DNA of 32,000 bases from Polynucleobacter necessarius (GTDB lineage Bacteria; Pseudomonadota; Gammaproteobacteria; Burkholderiales; Burkholderiaceae), in NCBI RefSeq assembly GCF_900095195.1, contig NZ_LT606950.1, forward strand, positions 727,207 to 759,206. Direction: 5' to 3'. A model generated the notes under the pieces. The model was not told the DNA's origin. It did no database searches and was given only the letters and a program-made list of their open reading frames with translations. How positions within the stretch are numbered: position 1 is the first letter of the stretch; each line of letters starts with the position of its first letter. Below are positions 16,635 to 28,415 of the stretch, piece by piece. A program made the translations under genes and the position numbers.

Positions 16635-18947
16635 TTATGCCTTAATAACCGTTACGGGACCAAACATTGATCCCAATGATGCACTTACCACTGTGCCAGC
16701 AGAGAGTCTGACAACGCCAGACGCTAAATTGGCTTCTAAAGTTGCAGGCAATGTAACCGAGGCATTTCCTTGAGCCACGGTAACACTATCGCCCTCTTTA
16801 AGACCTAATTCCGCAAAGAGTGTTGAATTAATACCTGCTTGATTGCCGCGCTTAGCATCACGAGTCAACTGCAAGGCAGATGATCGGCGCACGATCGCAT
16901 CGCCTGCATAAATATTGACATCGGCTAAGCGCTCAAGACCAACCATAATTGAATGGTTATTACTTACACCCGCCGCTGAACTATCGTTATTCAAGCGGGT
17001 GCAATAGTTATCACCCAGCGCCTCACCAATCACCTCTTCTGGCAAGTTGTACAAGAAACCATCTAAGCCTAATAACCCACCAAGGACACGTAAGACTTTC
17101 CATGCGGGACGAGAGTCACCAAGAGGTTTTACAGAAGGCTGAATGGTTTGCACTCTTCCCTCTGCATTCACAAAGGTGGACACTGTTTCAGTAAATGGGG
17201 TAATTGGCAAGATAACGTCAGCCACTTCCAATAAGTCTGCCGACTTAAATGCGCTCAATGCAATCACCGTATTTGCTTTTGCTAATGCCTCTCTTGCCTG
17301 CTGAGGATTAGGTAGATCCGAATCCGGATCAATGTTCATTAACAGGACGGCGCGGCGCTCACCAGTCAATACTGACTCAACACCTGCGCCGTTTGCGTTA
17401 ACTAACGATGCACCAACGGCATTACCACCCTCTAGTAAAAATCCAAGGGTTGCGCCAGTCTGTTGTGCAATAAATTGCGCCAATACATGCAAATCAGCTG
17501 CTTGAGGATGGCTAGTTGCCGCAGAACCAATCAACACGGACACGTTTGAACCGGACAGCAGTGCATCAGCAATCTTCTGAGTTTGCGGAGAAACAGCAAT
17601 GTTTGGCGTTCCCGCTTGGGCAGCAACTGACTTCGCCTTTGCTACCGCTAGTGCAACTTGGCCTAATGTATTGACCCAGGCGCCGGGAGCCGCAGCAATA
17701 CCGAATGAAGGAATTAACCAATCATCGCCGCCAGCATCAATACGAGCAACTTGCAAGCCGCGCTTGACAACGGTCCGCAAACGTGCGGCAAGAATCGGTT
17801 GATCTTTGCGCAAGAAGCTACCAATAATCAAGACGCGATCCAGGTCGCTGAACTTAGCGATTGGCATACCCAACCATGGTGCTGGAGCAGCTCCAGAAAT
17901 ATTCACTTGGCGCAGACGGGTTTCGATTTGATTTGAGCCAAGGCCACGTACTAATTTTTGCAAAAGATAGAGCTCTTCAGTGCTAGAAATCGGATGCGCC
18001 AATGCGCCAACCGACTGCACACCACTCTCAGCGGAGATTTTCTGCAGAGAGCTTGCAACATAATCCAGCGCAGATTGCCAATCAGTTTCTAACCACTGTC
18101 CACCCCGCTTCACCATAGGTGCAGTGACACGGTCTGCGCTGTTTAATCCTTCGTATGCAAAGCGATCACGGTCGCTAATCCAGCATTCATTAATAGCTTC
18201 ATTCTCTAAAGCTACGACACGCATTACCTTGTTGTTTTTGGTTTGAACGGTTGTGTTTGAGCCCAGGCTATCGTGCGGGCTCACAGAGCGCTTACGACCC
18301 AATTCCCAAGTGCGCGCTTCATAGCGGAATGGCTTGCTGGTTAATGCACCAACTGGACACAAATCAATCATGTTTCCAGAAAGCTCTGAATCGACTGTTT
18401 GACCAACAAAAGTCGTGATCTCCGAGTGCTCGCCACGGTTGATCATGCCAAGCTCCATCACACCAGCAACTTCTTGTCCAAAACGAACGCAACGTGTGCA
18501 GTGAATGCAGCGACTCATCTCTTGCATAGAGATCAATGGCCCAGCATTCTTATGGAATACCACTCGCTTTTCTTCGTCATAGCGAGAATTGGATTTACCG
18601 TAACCCACTGCCAAATCTTGTAGTTGACACTCACCACCTTGATCGCAAATCGGGCAATCTAATGGGTGGTTGATCAATAAGAATTCCATTACGGAGCGCT
18701 GGGCTTCTACAGCTTTTGCGGAATGCGTAAAAACCTTCATTCCTTGAGTAACTGGAGTGGCACAGGCAGGCAATGGTTTTGGCGCTTTTTCTACTTCAAC
18801 AAGGCACATACGGCAGTTCGCCGCAATCGATAACTTCTTGTGATAGCAGAAGTGCGGCACATAAGTACCGAGCTTATTCGCGGCGTGCATCACCATCGAA
18901 CCTTGCGGAACTTCTACAGTCTTGCCATCTAATTCGATTTCTACCAT
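16635..18947 (-). CDS. nuoG: NADH-quinone oxidoreductase subunit G
   Basis: Fe-S motifs [37 protein letters not shown] and [11 protein letters not shown] chose the ATG at 18947 ([11 protein letters not shown], the conserved N-terminus). The ORF-track start at 18974 is a TTG 9 codons upstream. Confidence 0.93.
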   Translation of the reverse strand: MVEIELDGKTVEVPQGSMVMHAANKLGTYVPHFCYHKKLSIAANCRMCLVEVEKAPKPLPACATPVTQGMKVFTHSAKAVEAQRSVMEFLLINHPLDCPICDQGGECQLQDLAVGYGKSNSRYDEEKRVVFHKNAGPLISMQEMSRCIHCTRCVRFGQEVAGVMELGMINRGEHSEITTFVGQTVDSELSGNMIDLCPVGALTSKPFRYEARTWELGRKRSVSPHDSLGSNTTVQTKNNKVMRVVALENEAINECWISDRDRFAYEGLNSADRVTAPMVKRGGQWLETDWQSALDYVASSLQKISAESGVQSVGALAHPISSTEELYLLQKLVRGLGSNQIETRLRQVNISGAAPAPWLGMPIAKFSDLDRVLIIGSFLRKDQPILAARLRTVVKRGLQVARIDAGGDDWLIPSFGIAAAPGAWVNTLGQVALAVAKAKSVAAQAGTPNIAVSPQTQKIADALLSGSNVSVLIGSAATSHPQAADLHVLAQFIAQQTGATLGFLLEGGNAVGASLVNANGAGVESVLTGERRAVLLMNIDPDSDLPNPQQAREALAKANTVIALSAFKSADLLEVADVILPITPFTETVSTFVNAEGRVQTIQPSVKPLGDSRPAWKVLRVLGGLLGLDGFLYNLPEEVIGEALGDNYCTRLNNDSSAAGVSNNHSIMVGLERLADVNIYAGDAIVRRSSALQLTRDAKRGNQAGINSTLFAELGLKEGDSVTVAQGNASVTLPATLEANLASGVVRLSAGTVVSASLGSMFGPVTVIKA

Positions 18948-18978
18948 ACTCACTTTAAGATGTCCCGTGCTCAATAAC

Positions 18979-20277
18979 TTACAAAGGTTTAGCAGAATCT
19001 AAGCAACGCTTATGTTCTACGTGATACGCAAATTCATCCATGTAATGTTTCAACATGCCACGCACTGGCATTGCCGCTGCATCACCCAAGGCGCAAATCG
19101 TACGACCTTGGATATTGGCTGCTACATCGTTGAGCAAATCCAAATCCTCAGGTCGACCTTGGCCATGTTCTATACGATGAACAATGCGCCACAACCAGCC
19201 AGTACCTTCACGGCAAGGCGTACATTGTCCGCAAGATTCTTCGTGATAGAAATACGATAAGCGTTCTAATGCGCGCACCATGCAACGCGTTTCATTCATA
19301 ACGATGACCGCACCAGAACCCAACATTGAGCCTGCCTTGGCAATACTGTCGTAATCCATGGTCAGATCCATCATCTGGGCACCTGGAATGACGGGGGCCG
19401 ATGAGCCGCCTGGGATAACTGCCTTGATAGCTTTTCCGTCACGCATGCCACCCGCCAACTTGAGAAGCTCAGCAAACGGTGTGCCTAGTGGAATTTCATA
19501 ATTACCGGGATGCACTACATCGCCAGAGACGGAGAAAATCTTCGTACCACCGTTATTAGGCTTACCAAGATCTAAGTACGCTTGCCCACCAATCGCCAAG
19601 ATAAATGGCACAGCAGCAAATGTTTCGGTGTTGTTAATGGTTGTTGGTTTGCCGTACAAACCAAAGCTGGCTGGGAATGGCGGCTTAAAGCGAGGCTGAC
19701 CCTTTTTACCCTCCAATGATTCCAGCAAAGCAGTCTCTTCACCGCAGATGTACGCACCCCAACATGGAGCTGCATGCAACTGGAATGAGAAGTCGCTGCC
19801 TAAAATTTTATCGCCCAGATACCCTGCAGCACGCGCTTCCTCCAAGGCCTCTTCAAAGCGGGAATAGACTTCCCAGATTTCGCCATGGATGTAGTTGTAA
19901 CCTGCTGAGATGCCCATAGTGTAGGCGCCGATAATCATGCCCTCAATCAATGCATGCGGGTTGTAACGCATGATGTCGCGGTCTTTAAATGTGCCGGGCT
20001 CACCTTCTTCGCTGTTGCATACCAAATATTTCTGGCCAGGGAACTGACGCGGCATAAAACTCCACTTCAATCCAGTCGGGAAACCTGCACCTCCGCGACC
20101 ACGCAGTGAAGAAGCTTTTAATTCCGCAATAATGGCGTCTGGAGCCACCTTGTCGTTAATCAAGCAACGTAACTGTTGATAGCCTCCACGACTTTCGTAA
20201 TCTTTTAAGCGCCAGTTCTCACCATTCAATCCCGCAAGAATCAATGGCTTAATGTGACGATCGTGCAAACTGGTCAT
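18979..20277 (-). CDS. nuoF: NADH-quinone oxidoreductase subunit F
   Basis: 432-aa ORF with [15 protein letters not shown] (NADH/FMN site) and [12 protein letters not shown] (4Fe-4S). Confidence 0.95.
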   Translation of the reverse strand: MTSLHDRHIKPLILAGLNGENWRLKDYESRGGYQQLRCLINDKVAPDAIIAELKASSLRGRGGAGFPTGLKWSFMPRQFPGQKYLVCNSEEGEPGTFKDRDIMRYNPHALIEGMIIGAYTMGISAGYNYIHGEIWEVYSRFEEALEEARAAGYLGDKILGSDFSFQLHAAPCWGAYICGEETALLESLEGKKGQPRFKPPFPASFGLYGKPTTINNTETFAAVPFILAIGGQAYLDLGKPNNGGTKIFSVSGDVVHPGNYEIPLGTPFAELLKLAGGMRDGKAIKAVIPGGSSAPVIPGAQMMDLTMDYDSIAKAGSMLGSGAVIVMNETRCMVRALERLSYFYHEESCGQCTPCREGTGWLWRIVHRIEHGQGRPEDLDLLNDVAANIQGRTICALGDAAAMPVRGMLKHYMDEFAYHVEHKRCLDSAKPL

Positions 20278-20780
20278 GCCGCCTTTCCTTCTGCACGCAA
20301 CTCATTCAAAAGAGCATCAATCTTTTCTTTACTCATAAAACTACACATACGCTTGTCATTAACCAACATGACTGGTGAGTCGCCGCACGCACCCATGCAC
20401 TCACCCTCTTTTAATGTAAAGGTACCGCAAGGCGTAGTTTCATTGAAACCAATGCCCAACGTTTCTTTGAGGTAAGTTGCCGCAGTTTCACCGTGCGTTA
20501 ATTGACACGGTAAATTTGTACAGATCACCAACTTGTACTTCCCAATGGGCTTGGTGTTATACATGTTGTAAAACGTTGCTACTTCTTCTACTGCAATCGT
20601 TGGCATTTCTAATATTTGCGCAACGGTAGCGATTACCTCAGGGGATACCCAACCCACTTCAGTTTGAGCGGCAATCAACGATGCCATTACAGCAGATTGC
20701 TTTTGCTCAGATGGATATTTAGCGACGTTACGGGCAATATCTGCCAGCGTTTTTTCGGATAGTTGAAGCGTTGTTGTCAT
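20274..20780 (-). CDS. nuoE: NADH-quinone oxidoreductase subunit E
   Basis: 168-aa ORF with thioredoxin-like 2Fe-2S cysteines (CTNLPC...CMGACGDSP). It overlaps nuoF by 4 nt. Confidence 0.95.
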   Translation of the reverse strand: MTTTLQLSEKTLADIARNVAKYPSEQKQSAVMASLIAAQTEVGWVSPEVIATVAQILEMPTIAVEEVATFYNMYNTKPIGKYKLVICTNLPCQLTHGETAATYLKETLGIGFNETTPCGTFTLKEGECMGACGDSPVMLVNDKRMCSFMSKEKIDALLNELRAEGKAA

Positions 20781-20804
20781 GAAATCTTCCTTGGCACACT
20801 GTAA

Positions 20805-22058
20805 TTAGCGGTCAATTTCCCCGAACACAATATCTTGCGTGCCAATGATGGTCACTGCATCAGCCAACATATGGCCACGTGACATCTCATCCATAGCGGA
20901 GAGATGTACAAATCCAGGAGCACGAATCTTCATGCGGTATGGTTTATTGGCACCATCTGAAATGAGGTAAATGCCAAACTCGCCTTTAGGGTGCTCAACT
21001 GCTGAATAGGCTTCACCATCAGGCACATGAATACCTTCAGTAAATAGTTTGAAATGGTGAATCAACTCTTCCATATTGGTCTTCATGTCCACGCGTTTTG
21101 GTGGAGAAACCTTATGGTTATCACTCATGACTGGGCCTGGATTTGCTTTTAACCAAGCCACACATTGTTTGATGATCCGATTCGATTGGCGCATTTCTTC
21201 CATACGAACAAGATAACGATCATATGAATCACCGTTTACGCCTACTGGAATATCAAAGTCGAGACGGTCATACACTTCGTATGGTTGCTTCTTACGCAAA
21301 TCCCACTCGATACCGGACCCACGCAACATCGGACCAGTAAAGCCCAGTTGTAAAGCACGCTCCGGACTAACGATGCCAATATTGACTAAACGTTGTTTCC
21401 AAATACGGTTATCGGTTAGCAGGTTGCAGTATTCATCAACGCTGGCATCAAAGCCCTGCGTAAATTGTTCAATGAAATCAAGCAACGTACCGCTGCGGTT
21501 TTCATTCAACCGTCTTACAGCTGAAGCGCTACGAATTTTCGATTTATCGTACTGCGCCATTTGATCTGGCAAATCACGATAGACACCGCCAGGACGATAG
21601 TAAGCGGCGTGCATACGTGCGCCAGAAACAGCTTCATACATATCGAAGATGTCTTCACGATCACGGAAGGCATAAAGAAACACTGCCATTGCACCAACGT
21701 CGAGGCCGTGACAGCCAATCCAAAGCAAGTGGTTCAATAAACGGGTGAGCTCGTCATACATGACGCGAATGTATTGCGCACGCAATGAAACATCGATTTG
21801 CAATAACTTTTCAATAGCCAACACATACCCATGTTCGTTGGACATCATGGACACATAATCCAAGCGATCCATATAGGGAACGTTTTGAATCCAAGTACGT
21901 GTCTCAGCCAACTTTTCAGTTGCACGATGCAACAAACCAATGTGCGGATCCGCGCGCTGAATAACCTCGCCATCCAACTCCAATACTAGACGCAATACGC
22001 CGTGTGCCGCAGGATGCTGAGGACCAAAATTGAGGGTGTAGTTATTAATTTGTGCCAT
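20805..22058 (-). CDS. nuoD: NADH-quinone oxidoreductase subunit D
   Basis: 417-aa ORF: [31 protein letters not shown]... Confidence 0.95.
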   Translation of the reverse strand: MAQINNYTLNFGPQHPAAHGVLRLVLELDGEVIQRADPHIGLLHRATEKLAETRTWIQNVPYMDRLDYVSMMSNEHGYVLAIEKLLQIDVSLRAQYIRVMYDELTRLLNHLLWIGCHGLDVGAMAVFLYAFRDREDIFDMYEAVSGARMHAAYYRPGGVYRDLPDQMAQYDKSKIRSASAVRRLNENRSGTLLDFIEQFTQGFDASVDEYCNLLTDNRIWKQRLVNIGIVSPERALQLGFTGPMLRGSGIEWDLRKKQPYEVYDRLDFDIPVGVNGDSYDRYLVRMEEMRQSNRIIKQCVAWLKANPGPVMSDNHKVSPPKRVDMKTNMEELIHHFKLFTEGIHVPDGEAYSAVEHPKGEFGIYLISDGANKPYRMKIRAPGFVHLSAMDEMSRGHMLADAVTIIGTQDIVFGEIDR

Positions 22059-22061
22059 GAC

Positions 22062-22664
22062 TTATACCGAACCTCCGTATTGCTCTTCGCGAACGATACG
22101 CGGCGTAATTTCACGCGCTTCAATCGTGACAGGCTGGTAGACCACGCGCTTTAATTCGGGGTCATAGCGCATTTCAACATTGCCACTGATTGGGAAATCT
22201 TTTCTGAATGGATGACCAATGAAACCGTAGTCGGTCAAGATGCGACGCAAATCTTGGTGACCTTCAAAAAGGATGCCATAGAGATCAAACGCTTCGCGCT
22301 CAAACCAGTTCGCACAGTTCCAAACTGGCGTAACCGAGGCCACAACAGGGTAACTATCGTCCGACGCAAACACGCGCACACGCAAACGCCAATTGTGCTC
22401 AAGCGATAATAAATGGCTAACCACACCAAAGCGCTGACCTGCCCAAGAGCCCTCGCGGAAATCTTGGTAATCAACACCACATAAATCAATTAATTGCGCA
22501 AATACCAGAGAGGGATCGTCGCGGAGCATTAAGGCAGTTTCGAAATAGGTATCTGCATTCAAAGCCACGGTAATTTCACCGAGTGCAATCTCCACTGAGT
22601 GAATGCGCTTTCCGAGAACTTTCTCTAGATTAGCTGCCAACTGAACTAAACGATCTGACATCAC
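22062..22664 (-). CDS. nuoC: NADH-quinone oxidoreductase subunit C
   Basis: 200-aa ORF ([27 protein letters not shown]). Confidence 0.95.
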   Translation of the reverse strand: MMSDRLVQLAANLEKVLGKRIHSVEIALGEITVALNADTYFETALMLRDDPSLVFAQLIDLCGVDYQDFREGSWAGQRFGVVSHLLSLEHNWRLRVRVFASDDSYPVVASVTPVWNCANWFEREAFDLYGILFEGHQDLRRILTDYGFIGHPFRKDFPISGNVEMRYDPELKRVVYQPVTIEAREITPRIVREEQYGGSV

Positions 22665-23147
22665 TTATGCCTTCCGCGCAATCGTGCTGGTACGTGCGAT
22701 CTTCGATTGCAACTGAATAATTCCGTAGATCAACGCTTCTGCAGTTGGAGGACAGCCAGGAACATAAATATCCACTGGCACAATGCGGTCACAACCGCGA
22801 ACTACTGAATAGGAGTTGTGGTAGTAACCACCACCATTGGCGCATGAGCCCATTGAGATCACCCAACGGGGTTCAGGCATCTGGTCATAAACTTTGCGCA
22901 AAGCCGGAGCCATCTTGTTGCACAGCGTTCCTGCGACGATCATCAAATCAGACTGACGTGGCGATGGACGGAAAACTACACCAAAACGGTCTAAGTCATA
23001 ACGAGAGGCGCCAGCATGCATCATTTCGACCGCACAACAGGCAAGACCAAAGGTCATGGGCCATAAAGAACCATTACGCGACCAGTTAATCAACTGATCC
23101 GCAGTGGTAGTAACAAATCCTTCTTTGAGAACGCCTTCTAATGCCAT
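22665..23147 (-). CDS. nuoB: NADH-quinone oxidoreductase subunit B
   Basis: [18 protein letters not shown] and GCPP cluster-N2 motifs. I chose the start at 23147 ([11 protein letters not shown], the conserved N-terminus), 5 nt after the nuoA stop. The 193-aa track ORF is an upstream extension into nuoA. Confidence 0.93.
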   Translation of the reverse strand: MALEGVLKEGFVTTTADQLINWSRNGSLWPMTFGLACCAVEMMHAGASRYDLDRFGVVFRPSPRQSDLMIVAGTLCNKMAPALRKVYDQMPEPRWVISMGSCANGGGYYHNSYSVVRGCDRIVPVDIYVPGCPPTAEALIYGIIQLQSKIARTSTIARKA

Positions 23148-23152
23148 ATCGA

Positions 23153-23512
23153 TCACTCCCAGTCGAGAGCGCCCTTTTTCCAGATATAAACAAATCCCAC
23201 AATGAATTCCAAGAGGAAGATCACCATAGAGGCGTAGCCAAACCAACCAAGATCACGCAACGCGACTCCCCATGGGAATAAGAACGCAGTTTCCAGGTCG
23301 AACAAAATAAAGAGAATGGCAATGAGGTAGTAGCGCACATCAAACTTCATCCGCGCATCTTCGAATGCTTCAAAACCGCACTCATAGGGGGAGAGTTTCT
23401 CAGCGTCAGGCTTCGAGGGAGCCAAAATTTTTCCAAGGAACATGGGGACTAAACCCACCCCAATGCCTGCGAGGATAAAAAGCAAAATAGGAAAGTAATT
23501 GGCGAGATTCAA
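23153..23512 (-). CDS. nuoA: NADH-quinone oxidoreductase subunit A
   Basis: 119-aa ORF: [12 protein letters not shown]...LSPYECGFE... The start codon is TTG (23510-23512), with AGGA 5 nt upstream. Confidence 0.92.
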   Translation of the reverse strand: MNLANYFPILLFILAGIGVGLVPMFLGKILAPSKPDAEKLSPYECGFEAFEDARMKFDVRYYLIAILFILFDLETAFLFPWGVALRDLGWFGYASMVIFLLEFIVGFVYIWKKGALDWE

Positions 23513-23514
23513 AA

Positions 23515-23550
23515 TGGTCCTGAGTCGTTTATTGGTCCTGAGTCGTTTAT
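23515..23550 (-). repeat. Perfect 18-bp tandem duplication (ATAAACGACTCAGGACCA x2 on the minus strand) covering the nuoA Shine-Dalgarno sequence
   Basis: 23515-23532 equals 23533-23550 exactly (tggtcctgagtcgtttat on the + strand). The proximal copy ends 2 nt before the nuoA TTG start and supplies its AGGA. Confidence 0.9.
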
Positions 23551-23640
23551 CTAAACATTCATCAAAACTGCAAGTTATTCGTTATTTCACTACCCGCTCT
23601 ATTGATTAAGAGCAAAAACCCTAGCTTTATTTACTGCATA

Positions 23641-23725
23641 TTGGTGCCGACAGCGAGACTCGAACTCGCACAGCCTAAGCCACTACCCCCTCAAGATAGC
23701 GTGTCTACCAATTTCACCACGTCGG
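23641..23725 (-). tRNA. tRNA-Leu (anticodon GAG), class II with a long variable arm; CCA encoded
   Basis: The reverse complement is GCCGACGTGGTGAAATTGGTAGACACGCTATCTTGAGGGGGTAGTGGCTTAGGCTGTGCGAGTTCGAGTCTCGCTGTCGGCACCA. Acceptor stem GCCGACG/TGTCGGC, anticodon stem CTATC/GGTAG, anticodon loop TTGAGGG, T-loop GTTCGAGTC. Confidence 0.93.
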
Positions 23726-23814
23726 CATCTTGCAAAACCCATTAATTCTACTGCATTGCACCACTAAACTACCAAAAAAAAAGGGGGTAGCAAAATCCGT
23801 AAAAGCCTACTTTT

Positions 23815-24159
23815 TTACTTAGGAACTGCAGGCTTGCTAGGATTCTGGGAAGGAACAACCGGAGCTGCTGGAGCGGCAGCAGGAGCAACCGTACCAGAGA
23901 GCACCCCAGGACTGACCTCTTTTTTATTTCCCAGCCAGGTAATACCCAAAGTGCTAAGAAAAAATACCGCCGCAAAGATAGCCGTTGTGTGCGATAAAAA
24001 GTTCGCCGAACCACTGGCTCCAAAGAGGCTTCCTGAGGCACCAGAACCAAAAGCGGCCCCCATATCTGCCCCCTTACCCTGTTGCAAAAGAACAAGCAAG
24101 ATGACAGCCAATGCTGAGATCACTTGCAATACGATTAATAAGGTCTTAAACCATTCCAC
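23815..24159 (-). CDS. secG: Preprotein translocase subunit SecG
   Basis: 114-aa ORF: MEWFKTLLIVLQVISALAVILLVLLQQGKGADMGAAFGSGASGSLFGASGSANFL... with an Ala/Pro-rich tail. Confidence 0.9.
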   Translation of the reverse strand: MEWFKTLLIVLQVISALAVILLVLLQQGKGADMGAAFGSGASGSLFGASGSANFLSHTTAIFAAVFFLSTLGITWLGNKKEVSPGVLSGTVAPAAAPAAPVVPSQNPSKPAVPK

Positions 24160-24182
24160 AGTTACTCTCCAAATAAAAAATG

Positions 24183-24941
24183 TTATGCCTGACAGATGGC
24201 TAGAAAATCATTTGGGTTCAATGAAACGCCCCCAACTAATCCACCATCTATATCTGGCATGGCAAACAATTCCACAGCATTGTCGGGTTTGACACTGCCG
24301 CCATACAAAATGCCGACATGAGAAGCAACATCCTCATCAAACTCGGCGAGCTGTAAACGAATGTGGCGATGCATGTCCTGTGCTACTTGAGCGCTTGCGA
24401 CTTTTCCGGTGCCAATAGCCCACACGGGTTCATAGGCAATCAAACAGTCCACCAAACGGTCCTGCAGTACTGCAACTTGTTTCGTTATCTGACCACAAAC
24501 CACTTCTTCAGCACGACCAGAATTGCGCTCATCCGCAGTTTCGCCAACGCAAATCACCGGGGTCATGCCGTTATCCAGAACTTGCAAGGCTTTCGCGGCC
24601 ACCACTTCATCCACTTCATGATGTAGTTGACGACGCTCGGAGTGACCCAAAATCACATATCGACAACCCAATTCCTTGAGCATTGAAGCACTCGCTTCAC
24701 CGGTATAGGCACCACTCGATTGCGCAGAAGCATCCTGCGCACCCAAGCTTAAAAATGCTAAAGAATGTTCCTTAATAAGTTGTGCGCATTGCGCTAAATA
24801 CGGATGTGGTGGACACACCACATATTGACGATCTGCAGGCATGCCACTCTCCATGCCTCGAGCAACAGTTTTAATCCAATCCGCATTACTCGCCAGATTG
24901 CCATTCATTTTCCAGTTGCCAATAACGATGAGTGGTCGCAT
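24183..24941 (-). CDS. tpiA: Triose-phosphate isomerase
   Basis: 252-aa ORF: VIGNWKMNG...ILGHSERR...AYEPVWAIGTG...YGGSVKPDN. Confidence 0.95.
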   Translation of the reverse strand: MRPLIVIGNWKMNGNLASNADWIKTVARGMESGMPADRQYVVCPPHPYLAQCAQLIKEHSLAFLSLGAQDASAQSSGAYTGEASASMLKELGCRYVILGHSERRQLHHEVDEVVAAKALQVLDNGMTPVICVGETADERNSGRAEEVVCGQITKQVAVLQDRLVDCLIAYEPVWAIGTGKVASAQVAQDMHRHIRLQLAEFDEDVASHVGILYGGSVKPDNAVELFAMPDIDGGLVGGVSLNPNDFLAICQA

Positions 24942-24955
24942 ATGTAAACGAGAAA

Positions 24956-25954
24956 TTAAACCGTCAAAACAATTTTGCCAACGTGCTCAGAAGATTCCAT
25001 CAAGCGATGGGCTTCTGCTGCTTCATCAAGTGCAAAAGTTTTATAGATAGCAGGCTTAAGCTTGCCAGTATTGAGAAGTGGCCAAACGGTTTCATAAAGC
25101 TGTTTTGTAATTTGCTTCTTGAACGATACAGGGCGAGGACGCAAAGTAGAGCCAGTAATGGTTAAGCGACGGCGCAGAATTTGACCGGTATTCACTTCGG
25201 CTTTAGAGCCGCCCATTATTGCAATAATCACGATACGACCATCATCTGCAAGGCAATCAATCTCACGTTGGACATAAGCGCCTGTCACCATATCCAGGAT
25301 GACATTAACGCCTTTTCCGTCAGTCGCTTTCTTGACCTCTTCAACAAAATCCTGAGTCTTGTAGTTAATCGCCAAATCAGCGCCCAACTTCAAACATGCC
25401 GCACACTTTTCATCGGTACCAGCGGTTACAAATACTTTGTGTCCCAGCGCCTTGGCCAGCAAGATCGCGGTAACACCAATACCGCTAGAGCCACCCTGAA
25501 CTAAGAGCGTCTCACCCTCAGATAACTCGCCGCGCATGAAGACATTGCTCCACACGGTGTAGAACGCCTCCGGGAGAGAGGCTGCTTCTTGATCGGTAAA
25601 TCCAGTTGGATATGGTAGGCATTGAGCAATGGGTGCGGTGCAAAGCTCTGCATATCCACCGCCCTGCACCAATGCATAAACCTTATCACCGATTTTTAAA
25701 CCCAAGGAATTGTCGACATGCGATAAGTCGCCGCCAACAATCTCACCGGCAACTTCAAGGCCAGGAATATCGGATGCGCCAGGCGGTACGGGGTAATGAC
25801 CCTTACGTTGCAAAACGTCTGGGCGATTAATTCCTGCTGCCAAAACTTTGATCAGAATCTCGCCAGTACCAGCGCTGGGAATAGCCGGATCTGGACGAGT
25901 AGTTGGCACCAGCATCTCTGGTGCCCCGTATTCTTTGATCTCAATAACGCGCAT
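24956..25954 (-). CDS. NAD(P)H:quinone oxidoreductase, zinc-independent MDR (zeta-crystallin/PIG3-like) family
   Basis: 332-aa ORF: AAGINRPDVLQRKGHYPVPPGASDIPGLEVAGEIV...LVQGGSSGIGVTAILLAKALG... Confidence 0.85.
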   Translation of the reverse strand: MRVIEIKEYGAPEMLVPTTRPDPAIPSAGTGEILIKVLAAGINRPDVLQRKGHYPVPPGASDIPGLEVAGEIVGGDLSHVDNSLGLKIGDKVYALVQGGGYAELCTAPIAQCLPYPTGFTDQEAASLPEAFYTVWSNVFMRGELSEGETLLVQGGSSGIGVTAILLAKALGHKVFVTAGTDEKCAACLKLGADLAINYKTQDFVEEVKKATDGKGVNVILDMVTGAYVQREIDCLADDGRIVIIAIMGGSKAEVNTGQILRRRLTITGSTLRPRPVSFKKQITKQLYETVWPLLNTGKLKPAIYKTFALDEAAEAHRLMESSEHVGKIVLTV

Positions 25955-25984
25955 TGAAAACTCCGAAGAATTATTAGGTGCTGT

Positions 25985-28153
25985 TTAAGCAGTTTCGCCA
26001 TTGGTTGGTGCAACTTCGGCATTCGCCTCTGCAGTACCAGCCAATGGAGCAATCGTGCCCGCCCCTTCTGCCATGGCAGCTTTCAGAGAGAGACGCAAGC
26101 GACCGCGCTCATCAGCAGCGAGCAACTTCACGCGCACAACTTGACCTTCAGCTAGGTAGTCCTTAACTTCTTTCACACGCTCATTGGAAATTTCAGAGAT
26201 GTGCAAGAGACCATCCTTACCCGGAAGAATGTTCACTAAAGCGCCAAATTCAAGTAACTTTACCACTGGGCCTTCGTAAATCTTGCCAACTTCAGCTTCA
26301 GCAGTAATGCCTTCAATACGGGCTTTCGCTTGTGCTAGACCATCCGCATTAGTTGAGGCAATGGTAACGGTGCCATCGTCTTGAATGTCAATACTGCAGC
26401 CAGTTTCCTTGGTGAGCGCTTGGATGGTTGCACCACCCTTACCAATCACTTCGCGAATCTTGTCTGGATGAATCTTGAAAGACACCATACGTGGGGCGTG
26501 TGCTGATAACTCCGTACGCACAGATCCCATTGCTTCTTGCATTTTGCTCAAGATATGCAAGCGACCCTCTTTTGCTTGCGCCAAAGCAACCTGCATGATT
26601 TCTTTTGTAATGCCCTGAACTTTGATGTCCATCTGCAGTGCAGTAATACCGTTTGCAGTACCCGCCACTTTGAAATCCATATCGCCTAAGTGATCTTCAT
26701 CACCCAAGATATCGGTCAATACGGCAAAACGATTGCCATCCAAAATCAAGCCCATGGCTACACCAGCGACGTGTGCCTTAACAGGAACTCCCGCATCCAT
26801 CATTGCCAAGCAGCCACCACAAACAGAAGCCATCGATGAGGAGCCATTAGATTCCGTGATTTCGGAAACTACACGAATACTGTAAGCGAAGTCTTCTGGG
26901 CTTGGCAGCACAGGAATCAACGCGCGCTTTGCCAAACGTCCATGACCAATTTCACGGCGCTTTGGACTACTTACACGACCAGTTTCGCCCGTCGCAAATG
27001 GAGGCATGTTGTAGTGGAGCATGAAACGATCGCGGTATTCACCTTCGAGCGCGTCAATAATTTGCTCATCACGTGCAGTACCCAAAGTTGCCACAACAAG
27101 AGCCTGTGTTTCACCACGAGTAAAGAGTGCTGAACCATGAGTGCGCGGCAATAAGCCATTGCGAATTTCAATTGGACGCACTGTGCGAGTATCGCGACCA
27201 TCAATACGCGGCTCGCCATTCAAAATCTGGCTACGCACAATTTTTGCTTCGATTTCAAAGAGGATATTGCCAACAGCAACCTCATCCACTTCGCCCTCTT
27301 CAGCCAATTTTGCGATCACTTCTTTGGTAATCGCTTTTAACTTGTCGGAGCGAGCACCCTTTTGACGAATTTGGTATGCCTCACGCAATGGACCTTCAGC
27401 CAAAGCGCTCACCTTAGCAATCAATGGCTCATCTTTAGGGGCCGCTTGCCAATCCCACTCAGGTTTACCAGCTTCACGCACTAAATCGTTAATCGCATTA
27501 ATAGCGGTTTGCATTTGCTCATGACCAAATACCACAGCACCCAGCATTACTTTCTCAGAAAGTTGGTTTGCCTCAGACTCCACCATCAATACGGCTGCTT
27601 GAGTTCCGGCAACAATTAAATCCAACTCACTGGTTGTTTGCTCTGTGCGGGTTGGGTTCAAGAGATACTGGCCGTTGGCGTAACCAACACGGGCAGCACC
27701 AACTGGACCGCTAAATGGAATACCTGAAACCGCTAACGCAGCAGAAGCAGCGATCAATGCAGGAATATCCGATGGCACTTCTGGGTTGATCGACAACACA
27801 TGTACAACAACTTGTACTTCGTTATAGAAACCCTCTGGGAATAGCGGACGAATTGGGCGATCAATCAAACGGGAGATCAATGTCTCACTTTCAGATGGAC
27901 GGCCTTCACGACGGAAGAAACCACCAGGGATCTTACCGGCTGCGTAAGTCTTTTCTAAATAATCGACGGTTAAAGGGAAAAAGTCTTGGCCTGGCTTAGC
28001 AGACTTAGATGCTACGACAGTACCCATTACTACGGTGTCATCTACGTTAACGATTACAGCACCACCCGCTTGACGAGCAATCTCGCCGGTTTCCATCGTT
28101 ACTTGATGGTTACCCCATTGAAAACTCTTTACTGCTTTTCTAAACATGGTCAT
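25985..28153 (-). CDS. pnp: Polyribonucleotide nucleotidyltransferase (PNPase)
   Basis: Two RNase PH domains plus KH and S1 domains ([15 protein letters not shown]; [33 protein letters not shown]). I chose the start at 28153 ([14 protein letters not shown]), which has GGAGAA 7 nt upstream. The track ORF start at 28177 is an extension. Confidence 0.95.
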   Translation of the reverse strand: MTMFRKAVKSFQWGNHQVTMETGEIARQAGGAVIVNVDDTVVMGTVVASKSAKPGQDFFPLTVDYLEKTYAAGKIPGGFFRREGRPSESETLISRLIDRPIRPLFPEGFYNEVQVVVHVLSINPEVPSDIPALIAASAALAVSGIPFSGPVGAARVGYANGQYLLNPTRTEQTTSELDLIVAGTQAAVLMVESEANQLSEKVMLGAVVFGHEQMQTAINAINDLVREAGKPEWDWQAAPKDEPLIAKVSALAEGPLREAYQIRQKGARSDKLKAITKEVIAKLAEEGEVDEVAVGNILFEIEAKIVRSQILNGEPRIDGRDTRTVRPIEIRNGLLPRTHGSALFTRGETQALVVATLGTARDEQIIDALEGEYRDRFMLHYNMPPFATGETGRVSSPKRREIGHGRLAKRALIPVLPSPEDFAYSIRVVSEITESNGSSSMASVCGGCLAMMDAGVPVKAHVAGVAMGLILDGNRFAVLTDILGDEDHLGDMDFKVAGTANGITALQMDIKVQGITKEIMQVALAQAKEGRLHILSKMQEAMGSVRTELSAHAPRMVSFKIHPDKIREVIGKGGATIQALTKETGCSIDIQDDGTVTIASTNADGLAQAKARIEGITAEAEVGKIYEGPVVKLLEFGALVNILPGKDGLLHISEISNERVKEVKDYLAEGQVVRVKLLAADERGRLRLSLKAAMAEGAGTIAPLAGTAEANAEVAPTNGETA

Positions 28154-28254
28154 TCTGATCTTCTCCAAATTGTTCACACCATACTCACATGAGCATCGCG
28201 TTTGTCGTGGGATAACGCAGTGTCACGACAACACTGGAGCGATTTCAATTACAA

Positions 28255-28312
28255 GGGATGCCATTCCAGGGAGACTCTGAACCCAGAAGCTCATTGGAAT
28301 GACACGATCCCC
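28255..28312 (-). promoter_or_regulatory. Long imperfect stem-loop in the pnp 5' leader (candidate RNase III autoregulatory hairpin)
   Basis: gggatgccattcca (28255-28268) pairs with tggaatgacacgatccc (28295-28311) around an internal bulge. A second hairpin, ttgtcgtg/cacgacaa, lies at 28202-28231. The assignment is by analogy to the E. coli rpsO-pnp leader. Confidence 0.4.
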
Positions 28313-28333
28313 TACACAAATAATCGAAAAGCG

Positions 28334-28396
28334 CTCAAAAAACATGCCACCTTCTTAAGACTGTTTCTGTATAGAAACAACCCTAAGTAAGATGGC
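28334..28396 (-). terminator. rpsO terminator/attenuator: extended hairpin followed by a T6 run
   Basis: Minus strand: gccatcttacttagggttgtttctatacagaaacagtcttaagaaggtggc, then atg, then TTTTTT (A-run at 28337-28342 on the + strand). It starts 20 nt after the rpsO stop. Confidence 0.5.
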
Positions 28397-28415
28397 ATTG
28401 CAATACCGATAAGAA

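Noticed and set aside
9022-23512. Numerous 60-115-aa + strand ORFs inside the nuo operon (e.g. 10350-10583, 14601-14831, 22745-23089)
   Set aside because: All are antisense to well-supported nuo genes. They are short, lack recognisable motifs and have no start context.
23551-23640. nuo operon promoter hexamers (e.g. TTGCAG-17-ATAAAC)
   Set aside because: Several weak candidates exist and none is close to consensus. I could not choose among them without transcription-start data.
23834-24292. 152-aa + strand ORF, plus the 108-aa ORF at 23769-24095 overlapping secG/tpiA
   Set aside because: They are antisense or out of frame relative to strongly conserved secG and tpiA. The composition is Ala/Pro-rich, mirroring the secG tail, and there is no RBS. 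These are typical shadow ORFs.
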